This document shows, in pieces, positions 40,496-49,629 of a DNA stretch of 63,875 bases (positions within the stretch are counted from its first letter, which is position 1; every line of letters begins with the position of its first letter). Made by a program: the position numbers and the translations under genes. The stretch covers positions 1-63,875 of IMG/VR virus record IMGVR_UViG_3300023278_002646. One strand, written 5' to 3'. A model generated the notes under the pieces. It saw only the letters and a program-made list of their open reading frames with translations. It did no database searches and was not told where the DNA came from. Source of the DNA: a virus. Its lineage: Duplodnaviria > Caudoviricetes.

Positions 40496-41673
40496 TATAC
40501 TTCATTTAGAGATTCTTCTATCAGACGACAGCCATATCCCACATCTTCGCTTGAGATGGCAAGGCTTGGACGCAAACGAATTGATCTTTGTCCAGTAGAA
40601 TTACAAATCATACCCTTATTGTACAACTTCTTCATAAATTTATTGCGCGTTGTAGTGTCTTTAAGATCAAAACCAATGATTAAACCTTTAGAGCGTAACC
40701 CACAGATCGTAGGAATTTGAGACAATCTCTCGATTATTTCCTCGCTTCGAAAGCGTACATTTTCAAGAATGTCATATTTTTCATACGCGCGGATAATATA
40801 TTTAGAGCGAATCATATCTAAAGTGTCCGAGTTCCAAGTTACCTCAAGTCGATCGACATGTTCACGATCAAATATACCATTGTATTTTTTTACTGCCATA
40901 AACCCAGAAACTTGCGTTTTTTTACCAAATAATACCATATCCGGAACGATATTAAGATGCTCGAAATACCACAACTTTCCAGTGCTACCAAAACCAACTT
41001 GTATCTCATCAAAAACCAAAGGTACCTCGTAGGTATCGCACAACTCTCTTATTTTTGCAAAAAATTGCACATCATGATGAATATCTCCAGCAGTGCATTG
41101 AATTGGCTCCACCATCAAGCAAGTGACAGGTCTAGCCTTGTTTGACAGGTACTGCTCCACTTGTTTAAGATCATAATCACACTTGGTAGAAAATATCTCT
41201 GGCAGGCCGGCAAGGCGCTTTTTAGACGAATAAAACCTATCCGTGATGAAGCCACCGTAACTATTGACTCCATGGAAACTGTTCTTAAAAGACAAGATAT
41301 TTAAGGGCCTGTAGTTGCTGTGATGTAGACAAGTTTTGATTGCAGCTTCTACTGCTAGCGCTCCAGTCGAGCAGTAATGAAAGTTAGAAAATTTGCCGCG
41401 GCTGCAGTACTCAGAAAAAGTTTGATCAAACTCCTCAGTTTCCTTAGAGACAAATTCACAATTTGTAACCTTTGTGTGCGCACAACGACAAATCTCAGTC
41501 AGAAAGTCAGGATCCCGAAACACTTCATGATTATATCCCAATGGCAAAGACGCGTACATACCAAAAAAATCTAAATAAGATCGGCTCGTATTATCATCAT
41601 AAAGGTATGATCCTGCGCTTTTCTGGAAGTTTATCTTTATATCAAATATACTTCCTCTGGCTATATTACTCAT
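40495..41673 (-). CDS. Class III PLP aminotransferase (L-lysine 6-transaminase-like)
   Basis: YLDFFGMYASLPLGYNH, TGALAVEAAIK, SFHG, VEPIQ, FDEIQ.GFG.TG, FGKKTQV, IRLRP. Confidence 0.85.
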   Translation of the reverse strand: MSNIARGSIFDIKINFQKSAGSYLYDDNTSRSYLDFFGMYASLPLGYNHEVFRDPDFLTEICRCAHTKVTNCEFVSKETEEFDQTFSEYCSRGKFSNFHYCSTGALAVEAAIKTCLHHSNYRPLNILSFKNSFHGVNSYGGFITDRFYSSKKRLAGLPEIFSTKCDYDLKQVEQYLSNKARPVTCLMVEPIQCTAGDIHHDVQFFAKIRELCDTYEVPLVFDEIQVGFGSTGKLWYFEHLNIVPDMVLFGKKTQVSGFMAVKKYNGIFDREHVDRLEVTWNSDTLDMIRSKYIIRAYEKYDILENVRFRSEEIIERLSQIPTICGLRSKGLIIGFDLKDTTTRNKFMKKLYNKGMICNSTGQRSIRLRPSLAISSEDVGYGCRLIEESLNEV

Positions 41674-42805
41674 TCGTGTGGTTTCCTTCAGGGTAAGAAT
41701 GAACAACATCGTCCCGACTTATGGCGAGTCTCGTGGCTTGTATATCTCCGCGGGCAGTTATTTTATGAACTACGCCCTTGGGAATAAATACAAAATCATT
41801 CTTCTTAACAACATAAGTTCTTCCGTCAATTTCCCAGTCCCATTCGCCCTCAACTATAAACCACCATTCATTCCAATCAGGGTGATAGTGTCTGCGATTG
41901 CCTTCACCGGGCATTTGAGAAATCAATGTAGCACTGTTGTTCTCACTATTAATTACCCTATGACACCAGCTCTCTTCCCTACCGTTGTCCGCTAGTATAT
42001 CTTCTAGGTTTACGATCATTTGGTTAGATAAATTATAACTCGATTGTGCGACACCATCCTTTGACAGAATAGTAGGAACATCGATTTCAGAATGCTCTTC
42101 ACCATAATACTTTACAGCAAACTGCTTTTCTTTTGTCATGCTTCGGGCAACGCTCTCAGCCAATTGAAATTCTTCTTCATTATCAATGTCAATGGTAGAA
42201 TATCCCTTGAGAGTAAAATACCCTATTTTACCGTCGCCGCCATGATACCCTGCGCCGTATTTCTTCATGTTTTGAAAATAGTTGGTTTTTCGCCACCCCA
42301 TGAGGGAGCAGCCGTATGCTTTAATGGGCTCTAAAGTTTGTGAAGGAGGGGTCTCCTTCTTTTGATCAAAGTTGATGGGCTGGCCCTCGTAGACAGCTTC
42401 AATCCTCACATCTACCATCGATATTAAGGTATCATAGCCGTTATAAACAAAAGTTTGAACAAACTCTCTAATTTCTGCCGGTGTAATAAATGGAGAAGTC
42501 GGGAGAACCTGAATAACAATATCTCCTCCTACGTTCTTGAAAAAATCTTCTGTCCACATATCATTACTGGCAGAGTCCGTTGAGAATTTCTTCGGCCTCT
42601 GGTAAAAATTAACCTTGGAGGACATTGCTATCTTTTCAATAATTTCAGACTCTGAATTTATCCAAATCTCATCGAAACAATCTGCAGCTTTTACAGCATC
42701 GATGGCGTACTGGATTAAGGGCTTACCGTTCAATAGCCTAATATTCTTTTTTGGGATTCTTTTGCTGCCCATCCTGGCTGGAATCATGGCGATTACTTTT
42801 GACAT
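41666..42805 (-). CDS. NeuA-like cytidylyltransferase fused to C-terminal cupin
   Basis: IPARMGSKRIPKKN, PTSPF, IDIDNEEEF; C-terminal HYHPDWNEWW..EG...IPKG.VH cupin motifs. Confidence 0.85.
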   Translation of the reverse strand: MSKVIAMIPARMGSKRIPKKNIRLLNGKPLIQYAIDAVKAADCFDEIWINSESEIIEKIAMSSKVNFYQRPKKFSTDSASNDMWTEDFFKNVGGDIVIQVLPTSPFITPAEIREFVQTFVYNGYDTLISMVDVRIEAVYEGQPINFDQKKETPPSQTLEPIKAYGCSLMGWRKTNYFQNMKKYGAGYHGGDGKIGYFTLKGYSTIDIDNEEEFQLAESVARSMTKEKQFAVKYYGEEHSEIDVPTILSKDGVAQSSYNLSNQMIVNLEDILADNGREESWCHRVINSENNSATLISQMPGEGNRRHYHPDWNEWWFIVEGEWDWEIDGRTYVVKKNDFVFIPKGVVHKITARGDIQATRLAISRDDVVHSYPEGNHTNE

Positions 42806-42819
42806 TTCTTTTCCTTTTA

Positions 42820-44730
42820 TTACTGAGTTGTGTGATAAATCTTAGGCAATGTCTTGAACTTTTCGATTCTTTCAGCTATTGCATTCGAATGCAGAGTTTC
42901 CTTGATTTCATCATTTAAGATAAGTCTAGGGTCGGCATCAAGGACATTTCTGCAGTGCATGATCTGTGACATCTGGTCATGTAACATCGTGTCCGGACCC
43001 AAATAAGTACCATCGGGCCCTTGGGCTTTTATGTAGGCAGGGTTATACTTGTCTTCCATGTTTTTGACAACACCAAAATTGTAGAAATTAACTCCAAATA
43101 CTGCCAGTTCCCTGAGAGGGCATGCTAAGAGCATGTTCATAGCGCCATATCCAGAGTTAAAATTTCCGGAATAGTAAGTATAATGCCCAGGGCCCACCAT
43201 CTCAATGTGAGGCTTAGCGTACACCTCCCAGTAAAGCGCCCAGCGCTCCCAAGAATCATCCTCGTTTTGCAAGTGTGCTAAAGGAACGCCATACTTTTTT
43301 AGGTAATCGTTGTACTCTTTAACTACTGAGTACCACTGGTTGCTGCCGGGGTAAGGGTACTCTCTTGCCACTGTGTCATTACAAATAATAAATTGAGGAT
43401 AGTCCTCTTTAGATATCCCTTCCAAGAAGGAGGCAACCTTTCCACTATATGAGGAATTTAGACAACTTTGCACAATGTCTGTACGGCTACCGAAGTCTTC
43501 GCTGTCCCAGATTTCCGGCTGGATCCTCACCACAACATCATAGCTATCTATAAGCTTGCCCTTCTTTTGTCCGCACAAGTAGGGGGCCGGTCCTACAAAG
43601 GCAACTCTTTTGTCTCTGAGATATTCTTGAAGTTTGGGATTCGTTTGTGCGTTCTTAATGAAGAGTTCACTATTATCTTTCATTGTTTGAAAGATTTCCA
43701 CACACTCGTTCATATTGATGTTTCGGCGGTGTTTCAGCTCTGCGTTAACTGTTTCTACGATCTGTCCCCATGGATTGGTTTTTGTTTTAAGTCGCTCAAA
43801 CGTAACCTCACGACGGAGAACAGTCTCTACTTCCCCGATAAAATCAGTCTCCAGCACCTCAAATTGTTGATGAAGTCCGTGATTCTTATTGATGAAGAAT
43901 TCGTGCCCTAAATCAAAAAAGTTAGAAATTTTCTCTTTGTCATAATAATTGATATCAGAAGGTGAAGCCTCTGGTGCCAGAGACTGTTCTCTCATGAGTG
44001 ATACGAATACATTTTTAACAAACAAGCTATCATCGAGTTGCTGTTGGGAGGTTGAGTTTAACTCAAGAAGTCGCATTTTCTTAAAGGAGTCTCTGATCCA
44101 CTTCCACATCTCATCCATTTTGTATTTTGAAAAGCGTCCGTCTTTGTTGTAAATTGCGTCAGGGTCGCTAACCGCATTGTCATACAGCATTTTATGACTG
44201 CAGATCACATTTTTCAAGAAAGGAATCTCTTGGATGTTAAACATGTGACAAGCGTCGATATTCACAGAAAAGTCTGTGCAGAGCGGAAAAAACCAGTCCA
44301 TTAATGAATGGTGTACCACCTTTAAGCCAAAGTGCGTAAACGGAATGCAGGAATAGTCTCTACTGTTAAGATATTCTACATCTGTGGCATATGGCGTTTG
44401 CAAGTTATTTCCGGGGTAGTATGTCAGGACTGCTGGGTTTAGCTCCAGATCTTCTAGTATTTGCTCTAAAACGACCAGTGACCTCTGTGGTCGAAAGTGA
44501 TAATCGTAATCAACGAAAGCATAATAATCATAGTTTTTTGGAACCAAAGAGGCCAAAAGGTTTCTCGTCTCAGACCATGTAGTCCCGGGACAATACTGAA
44601 GAGCGTCGGGGTGTGACGCGTCATGTGTAACAAAATAAAAATCACAATCAACTTTGTCTTTGAAGAACTCGACATGATCAGGATTTGGGTTTTCGGGCGT
44701 AACCTGCAGTATGCATAACCGCTTTGTCAT
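42820..44730 (-). CDS. Two-domain glycosyltransferase with a GT29 (sialyltransferase)-like C-terminal domain
   Basis: N-terminal GT-A-like (WSETRN.L, FVDYD). C-terminal RVAFVGPAPYL...GKLIDSYDVVVR (L-motif-like), NSGYGAMNMLL...LAVFGVNFY (S-motif-like), LHDQ (VS-like). Confidence 0.65.
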   Translation of the reverse strand: MTKRLCILQVTPENPNPDHVEFFKDKVDCDFYFVTHDASHPDALQYCPGTTWSETRNLLASLVPKNYDYYAFVDYDYHFRPQRSLVVLEQILEDLELNPAVLTYYPGNNLQTPYATDVEYLNSRDYSCIPFTHFGLKVVHHSLMDWFFPLCTDFSVNIDACHMFNIQEIPFLKNVICSHKMLYDNAVSDPDAIYNKDGRFSKYKMDEMWKWIRDSFKKMRLLELNSTSQQQLDDSLFVKNVFVSLMREQSLAPEASPSDINYYDKEKISNFFDLGHEFFINKNHGLHQQFEVLETDFIGEVETVLRREVTFERLKTKTNPWGQIVETVNAELKHRRNINMNECVEIFQTMKDNSELFIKNAQTNPKLQEYLRDKRVAFVGPAPYLCGQKKGKLIDSYDVVVRIQPEIWDSEDFGSRTDIVQSCLNSSYSGKVASFLEGISKEDYPQFIICNDTVAREYPYPGSNQWYSVVKEYNDYLKKYGVPLAHLQNEDDSWERWALYWEVYAKPHIEMVGPGHYTYYSGNFNSGYGAMNMLLACPLRELAVFGVNFYNFGVVKNMEDKYNPAYIKAQGPDGTYLGPDTMLHDQMSQIMHCRNVLDADPRLILNDEIKETLHSNAIAERIEKFKTLPKIYHTTQ

Positions 44731-45728
44731 TAAAGTAATCCTTCGGCAATCTTTGTTAGATCAATTGTTTTGTACCATTTATTATACCAAGATATCGTAA
44801 TATTTAAACCTTCTTTTAAAGTAATTGTCGGTTGAAATGCAATGGCATCTTCCAGCTTTTTCGTGTCTGGGCACCGTCGCTGTACCGAGCCGGGTGGTGC
44901 GTTTTCGATGTCAAACTTATCCCCAAGTTTATACCATTCTGTAATAATTTTGGCAACTTCAAGGATTTTAACCTCTTCTTCAGAATTGCCAATATGATAT
45001 ACACCGGCTGGCACATCAGACAATGCTAACGATAACGTAGCCTTCGTGGCATCATCAATATAGCAAAAAGCCCTAGTCTGGTCGGCGCCATAGATTTTAA
45101 AGGGAATTTCACCCTCCATTGCTCTTCTGATAAATTGAGGCATTACATGCTTGGTGCCCATTCGGGGTCCATAAATATTGTGATAACGGATGATCTGATA
45201 GTCGATACCATATTGCTCCGCAAAACTGTTTATGAGGATCTCGCATGCGAGCTTGCTTCCTCCATAGGAAAATCGGGGATTTATAACATCCTCAATAGTG
45301 CATGCCACATCTTCACTCGTTGGTATCTGCGTGGGGTCTCTATTAATTGTTCCGGCGTATACTTCAGAAGAAGAAGTAAAAATGAACTTTGCTTTAGTGT
45401 CCCTGAGATGTTCCAATAAGAGCATCGTGCTGGTAATTGCAACGTCCATAACTGTATATGGGATTTTGTAGAAGTTTTCTGTCCCGTTGATCGCGGCGAG
45501 ATGGAACACAGTGTCATAATCGGTCTCCAGCAGCTGTACATCTTCTTTTTGTGTGAGATCAAGTTGAAAAAATCCTACGCCGTTGTTTTCTATTAGATTA
45601 TGAACAAATTCGTCCTGCTTTCCGCGGGCATTGTTATCACAGATATGAACCGTATGCCCTTCGGCTGCTGCGTGTTGTGCCAAATGAGCACCGATAAACC
45701 CGGTGCCTCCGGTAATGAGAATTTTCAC
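44730..45728 (-). CDS. NAD-dependent epimerase/decarboxylase (UDP-glucuronate-processing SDR-like)
   Basis: ILITGGTGFIG, HLAA, TSSSEVY, RFSYGGSK, RYHNIYGPRM, QTRAFCYIDD. Confidence 0.9.
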   Translation of the reverse strand: MKILITGGTGFIGAHLAQHAAAEGHTVHICDNNARGKQDEFVHNLIENNGVGFFQLDLTQKEDVQLLETDYDTVFHLAAINGTENFYKIPYTVMDVAITSTMLLLEHLRDTKAKFIFTSSSEVYAGTINRDPTQIPTSEDVACTIEDVINPRFSYGGSKLACEILINSFAEQYGIDYQIIRYHNIYGPRMGTKHVMPQFIRRAMEGEIPFKIYGADQTRAFCYIDDATKATLSLALSDVPAGVYHIGNSEEEVKILEVAKIITEWYKLGDKFDIENAPPGSVQRRCPDTKKLEDAIAFQPTITLKEGLNITISWYNKWYKTIDLTKIAEGLL

Positions 45729-46525
45729 TGCTTTCTCATTCCATCGTAAACTGTTACTTGATACTTGTCGTTTTCATCCAACAGCATTTGAAAGAAATTA
45801 ATATCTAAGCCAGCTTCTCTAACTAAGGTTGCTATAGCCGATGTATCTTTCGGCAGGCAAACACCTCCAAAACCTCTAAAATTTTTATTACATTGTAGAT
45901 ATGAATTAGTAATATGAGAACGATTAACTAACGCATTCTTAACTGCTGTATAATCTGCATCTAGATGATCGCAAACTTCATAAAAACTATTAGCAAGAGT
46001 GATTAGTGTGGCATTATAAATGTTGTTATAATATTTAACGATCTCAGCCTCCACTGGCTTTAACTGCACTACCTTTGCAGGATAATGCCCATGGGCCTTC
46101 TTAATAATTTCAAACACATTTTCTTTCTCTGTTCCTACAACACACAAATCGTGATTTTCAATAAAGTCCGTTACAGCGCATCGTTCGCGCAAAAACTCAG
46201 GGACGAAGCATATGGCAAGATTAGGATATGCATCAATGAGTCGATGCGTAGTCCCGGGCTCGACGGTTGATTTAATAGCTGCGACACCGGTGTAGCCAGC
46301 TTTTGAAAGCGAAGCTAGGCTAGACTCTACGATTGACGTATCACATTTGCCATTATTGTCTGGTGGCGTTGGGACACACAGGAAACACACCTCCGTATCT
46401 AATACATCCTCGAAAGCACTGTTCTCATACCTAGGATCGTAATAACTTGTGATATGCCCTAATTCTCTAAATCCAGTTTCGGCAGCTGATCCAACCACCC
46501 CTAGTCCTAAAATTCCAATTTTCAT
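45725..46525 (-). CDS. UDP-glucose/GDP-mannose dehydrogenase family (short form)
   Basis: GLGVVG, CVPTP, KSTV.PGTT, PEFLRE, GFGGVCLPKD (catalytic Cys); 266 aa. Confidence 0.88.
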   Translation of the reverse strand: MKIGILGLGVVGSAAETGFRELGHITSYYDPRYENSAFEDVLDTEVCFLCVPTPPDNNGKCDTSIVESSLASLSKAGYTGVAAIKSTVEPGTTHRLIDAYPNLAICFVPEFLRERCAVTDFIENHDLCVVGTEKENVFEIIKKAHGHYPAKVVQLKPVEAEIVKYYNNIYNATLITLANSFYEVCDHLDADYTAVKNALVNRSHITNSYLQCNKNFRGFGGVCLPKDTSAIATLVREAGLDINFFQMLLDENDKYQVTVYDGMRKQ

Positions 46526-47115
46526 TTCTTAAACACTCCCATTTTACGAAGATCTGGCCAGTCCTCCAAGGTCCATTGTCGAGGTTCTGTTGCAATTGCC
46601 TCCGGTAATTTTTCAAGTCCTTTTATCGCAGTCTCTGGTGTCATATAGTAATGATATCCAACTGTTGTAATATCTTGAGATGCCCATGGAATATCCGGAA
46701 GCCGGCCATCGTAAGACATTTTTTTAAGTTCTGCGGCTGCAGCTAGATCGTCACACAATATAATGCCGCCGCGGCCCAAACTTAAATGCTTACGGAATTG
46801 AAAACTCACGCACATAAAGGTTCCTGGCATATAGGAATGCTCTTTCCATAGCACTGCAGCATCGATAATATTAGTTCCACCAAGATAATAATAATCTAGC
46901 CAATTTTCCTGTCGCCACTCCAGTTCAATATTCAACTTTCTTGATAACATCGGCACAGATATATATGTCTGCACCGGTGTTGAAAATTTCTTTACATTTT
47001 GGTGGCGCAGGCATAATTCTAAGCCGTGAGTGCAACAATCTACCGCTATAGCGTATGGTGCTCCAAAAAATTTAGCTATTTCTTTTTCAAATTTAGATAC
47101 TGCCTCGAAACTCAT
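46522..47115 (-). CDS. DegT/DnrJ-family sugar aminotransferase (short form)
   Basis: FEKEIA.FFGAPYAIAVDCCT.GL.L, IDAA, SFQFRKHL..GRGG; 197 aa. Confidence 0.8.
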   Translation of the reverse strand: MSFEAVSKFEKEIAKFFGAPYAIAVDCCTHGLELCLRHQNVKKFSTPVQTYISVPMLSRKLNIELEWRQENWLDYYYLGGTNIIDAAVLWKEHSYMPGTFMCVSFQFRKHLSLGRGGIILCDDLAAAAELKKMSYDGRLPDIPWASQDITTVGYHYYMTPETAIKGLEKLPEAIATEPRQWTLEDWPDLRKMGVFKK

Positions 47116-47654
47116 TTAACACACTCCACATTCAAACTCATTAAGATACCATTATCTTTATCCATATGCGGCATATGTGCCTGTGAATGGTCATCAAATT
47201 CTGCATGGTCGGTCTTCCTCCAATCCCACATCCTGCAATCAGAAAATCCAGCTTGTTCTAGAACTGCACAAATTGATTGAAAATCGTAAACCGTCTTGTG
47301 ATATATAGTCTGGTCTCCCATTGGCATTTTGCCATATAAAAGCCCTACAAAATAATTTAAGTCATACTTACCTTTAGAATACAGATTTGCAATCATCCGA
47401 AAATTGGGAACAGCAATTCTCAAGACTCCCCCTAGTTTTAAAACCCTGTGCCATTCGGTTAGTAGATGCGGGATCTCTTCACGATCAAAATACTCCACTA
47501 CGTGCGAAGCGTATATCAAGTCTACGCTGTCATCCTCATAGTCTGACAGATCTGTAATTGAAAAGGAGTCTAAATGTTCATAATCTCCTGAGTCTATATG
47601 ATCCCACCCTGGTCCAAAGTCTCTCCAGCCACAGCCCATATTTATTTTAATCAT
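47112..47654 (-). CDS. SAM-dependent methyltransferase (type 11)
   Basis: INMGCG, VDLIYASHVVEY, EWHRVLK.GG.LRIAVP. Confidence 0.85.
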   Translation of the reverse strand: MIKINMGCGWRDFGPGWDHIDSGDYEHLDSFSITDLSDYEDDSVDLIYASHVVEYFDREEIPHLLTEWHRVLKLGGVLRIAVPNFRMIANLYSKGKYDLNYFVGLLYGKMPMGDQTIYHKTVYDFQSICAVLEQAGFSDCRMWDWRKTDHAEFDDHSQAHMPHMDKDNGILMSLNVECVK

Positions 47655-48090
47655 CTGGCATAAACTCCTTGTCTGCCTTTAATCCGTAATAAGGCCCAGA
47701 CTTATACTCCAAAATCAGAGTATCGTCTTTCATAATTTCATATGTATGACCGCCATAAAGTGTGATGGACAAGTCTCCTTGTTCTAGTATTATATTTGTA
47801 ATGTGTGAGAAGTCTTCATCGTATAACGTAGCTTTTACGGCGCCGCGAACCACATACCATGACTCCTGTGCAATCGACGTGCTTGGGACCTCCTTAAAAA
47901 TATGTTTGTGTGCGCGGAAAGTTCTCCCAGCATCGTGCTTCATAACTGCTAGCTGCAGGTATTCCTCGTCTGGAATAATATCTTCCCTAGTATCATTAAA
48001 TAAAGAAGTTCTATAAATAACATGCAGAAGCTTGTCGGGATCTTTTTGGGAATATATTTTCATTGCCGGCGAAGAAGAAAAAATAGTCAT
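47647..48090 (-). CDS. Cupin-fold protein (WbuC-like / sugar isomerase)
   Basis: HKH, QE.W.V..G, GD...L.GGH.YE, EYKSGPY.G...DK. Confidence 0.7.
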   Translation of the reverse strand: MTIFSSSPAMKIYSQKDPDKLLHVIYRTSLFNDTREDIIPDEEYLQLAVMKHDAGRTFRAHKHIFKEVPSTSIAQESWYVVRGAVKATLYDEDFSHITNIILEQGDLSITLYGGHTYEIMKDDTLILEYKSGPYYGLKADKEFMPDD

Positions 48091-48091
48091 T

Positions 48092-48784
48092 TTATTTACC
48101 TAACGCTTTCTTTAGAGGCATCATCTTAAAGCATCTCAAGGTGCTTGTTGGACTGCAGTTTATAATTTCTACTCCAGCATGCGCTGCCCTGTAGGCAAAT
48201 TTGTTCCAAGTTGGTTTATGAAAATCTTGGCCGCGAGGAATATTATATTCATCCCCAGCCTGTTGATAATCGCTAAACCAGTAATTAGGATTCTCCTTGG
48301 GTGTCTCTTTCATTCGAAGAGCAACCCCGTCTCGTTCGGAGCCATCAACAAATTCTACATAATTGCAATCAACACCCAAAAGAATTATCTTTCTGTATCC
48401 CATACAAACAGCAGCCGAAGATGCATTGGCGCCAGAATTTCCATTATCATGAAAAGACACAAAATCATTATGTGACTTATTCCATTTATTAGTGGTGCCA
48501 TATTGTTGCAGACTTACATACTGAAATTTATCGTTGCCAGACAGGTTTCTAATATAAAAGCACTTTTTAATAGGTGTGTTCTCGATGAGATTGATAAAAC
48601 TTTCTTTATGGTTATCTGTGACACGATAATCAAAGCACCCATGGTAAGTCGGATACCAGTTCATTCTCTCGTAGGCGCGGTAAGCTGCATTCAGCCCAAA
48701 TGTATCATACCCATCAAGATCAGCAAAATCTATATCCGCTAGGGAAGGTCCATTGCCCATCAGAATAATTGTTTTTTCACTCAT
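48092..48784 (-). CDS. GT42 / Maf (DUF115)-like sialyltransferase-type protein
   Basis: IILMGNGPSL..ID, FGLN, NSG..A...A..MGY.KIILLGVD, IINCS. Confidence 0.72.
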   Translation of the reverse strand: MSEKTIILMGNGPSLADIDFADLDGYDTFGLNAAYRAYERMNWYPTYHGCFDYRVTDNHKESFINLIENTPIKKCFYIRNLSGNDKFQYVSLQQYGTTNKWNKSHNDFVSFHDNGNSGANASSAAVCMGYRKIILLGVDCNYVEFVDGSERDGVALRMKETPKENPNYWFSDYQQAGDEYNIPRGQDFHKPTWNKFAYRAAHAGVEIINCSPTSTLRCFKMMPLKKALGK

Positions 48785-49629
48785 ATATTACTCCAAAAAT
48801 CATTCATTTGATTTTGAATATGTCTTTTGATGCTTTCTGACGTTTTAAACCATTTCTCATCTTTATGTTGAACATTATCATTTAATTTTAGATCACAACC
48901 CAAAATTTTTGCTTCCATTACAATTCTAGGGCATGTGTCTCCTCCCAATGGGCGAAAAATAAGACCCCTTGAAGTAGAGAGTTTTATTAGCATTTCGTGA
49001 TAAGGCAAACCATTTATTACTTCATAATTAAGATTATTGTTTTTAGCAAAATTAATATTATCTTTGGTACCCTTAATCCAAGAGTTGGAACCTAATATCA
49101 AATACTTATTATCTTTAATATTATCTTTAATGGAAAACATAAATTTAAGATCTCCCTTATTAAACACAGAATTTAGAACACTTGTTTTTTCTGATCTTAA
49201 AAAGATTAGATTATTTAAATATGTTTGCCTCTGTATCACAGACATAAACCATATGTGATTTGCATACCCATAAAATGCTCTGTTAATCTTTCCGGTAGTG
49301 GATATATGGCAGTCGCATTTCATTCCTGTTTCAGCCAAATGTTTTTCAGGAGATCGATAAATACAGTATTTATAATCATATTCAATAATTGAATAATTAA
49401 TGTTTTTGCATAAGAATACTTTCATTCTATCATTAAGCAAAGAAAAATTACATATAACCCAATCAAAATCCTTGTTATCTAATACTTCTTGTTCTGTTAA
49501 GTTACGACAATACTTTTTTTCTATTTTTACGTCTTCTGGCGAGTATGATACTATACTATCTGTTGTAAGTTCGGCGCCTCCAGAATAATCCTCTGAGTAG
49601 AAATCTGCTAAAAATATTATTTTTCTCAT
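48781..49629 (-). CDS. Putative GT-B glycosyltransferase (AT-rich gene)
   Basis: GGAELT, WIKG, DTCPRIVMEAKILGC (E-x7-E-like GT4 region). Confidence 0.65.
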   Translation of the reverse strand: MRKIIFLADFYSEDYSGGAELTTDSIVSYSPEDVKIEKKYCRNLTEQEVLDNKDFDWVICNFSLLNDRMKVFLCKNINYSIIEYDYKYCIYRSPEKHLAETGMKCDCHISTTGKINRAFYGYANHIWFMSVIQRQTYLNNLIFLRSEKTSVLNSVFNKGDLKFMFSIKDNIKDNKYLILGSNSWIKGTKDNINFAKNNNLNYEVINGLPYHEMLIKLSTSRGLIFRPLGGDTCPRIVMEAKILGCDLKLNDNVQHKDEKWFKTSESIKRHIQNQMNDFWSNI

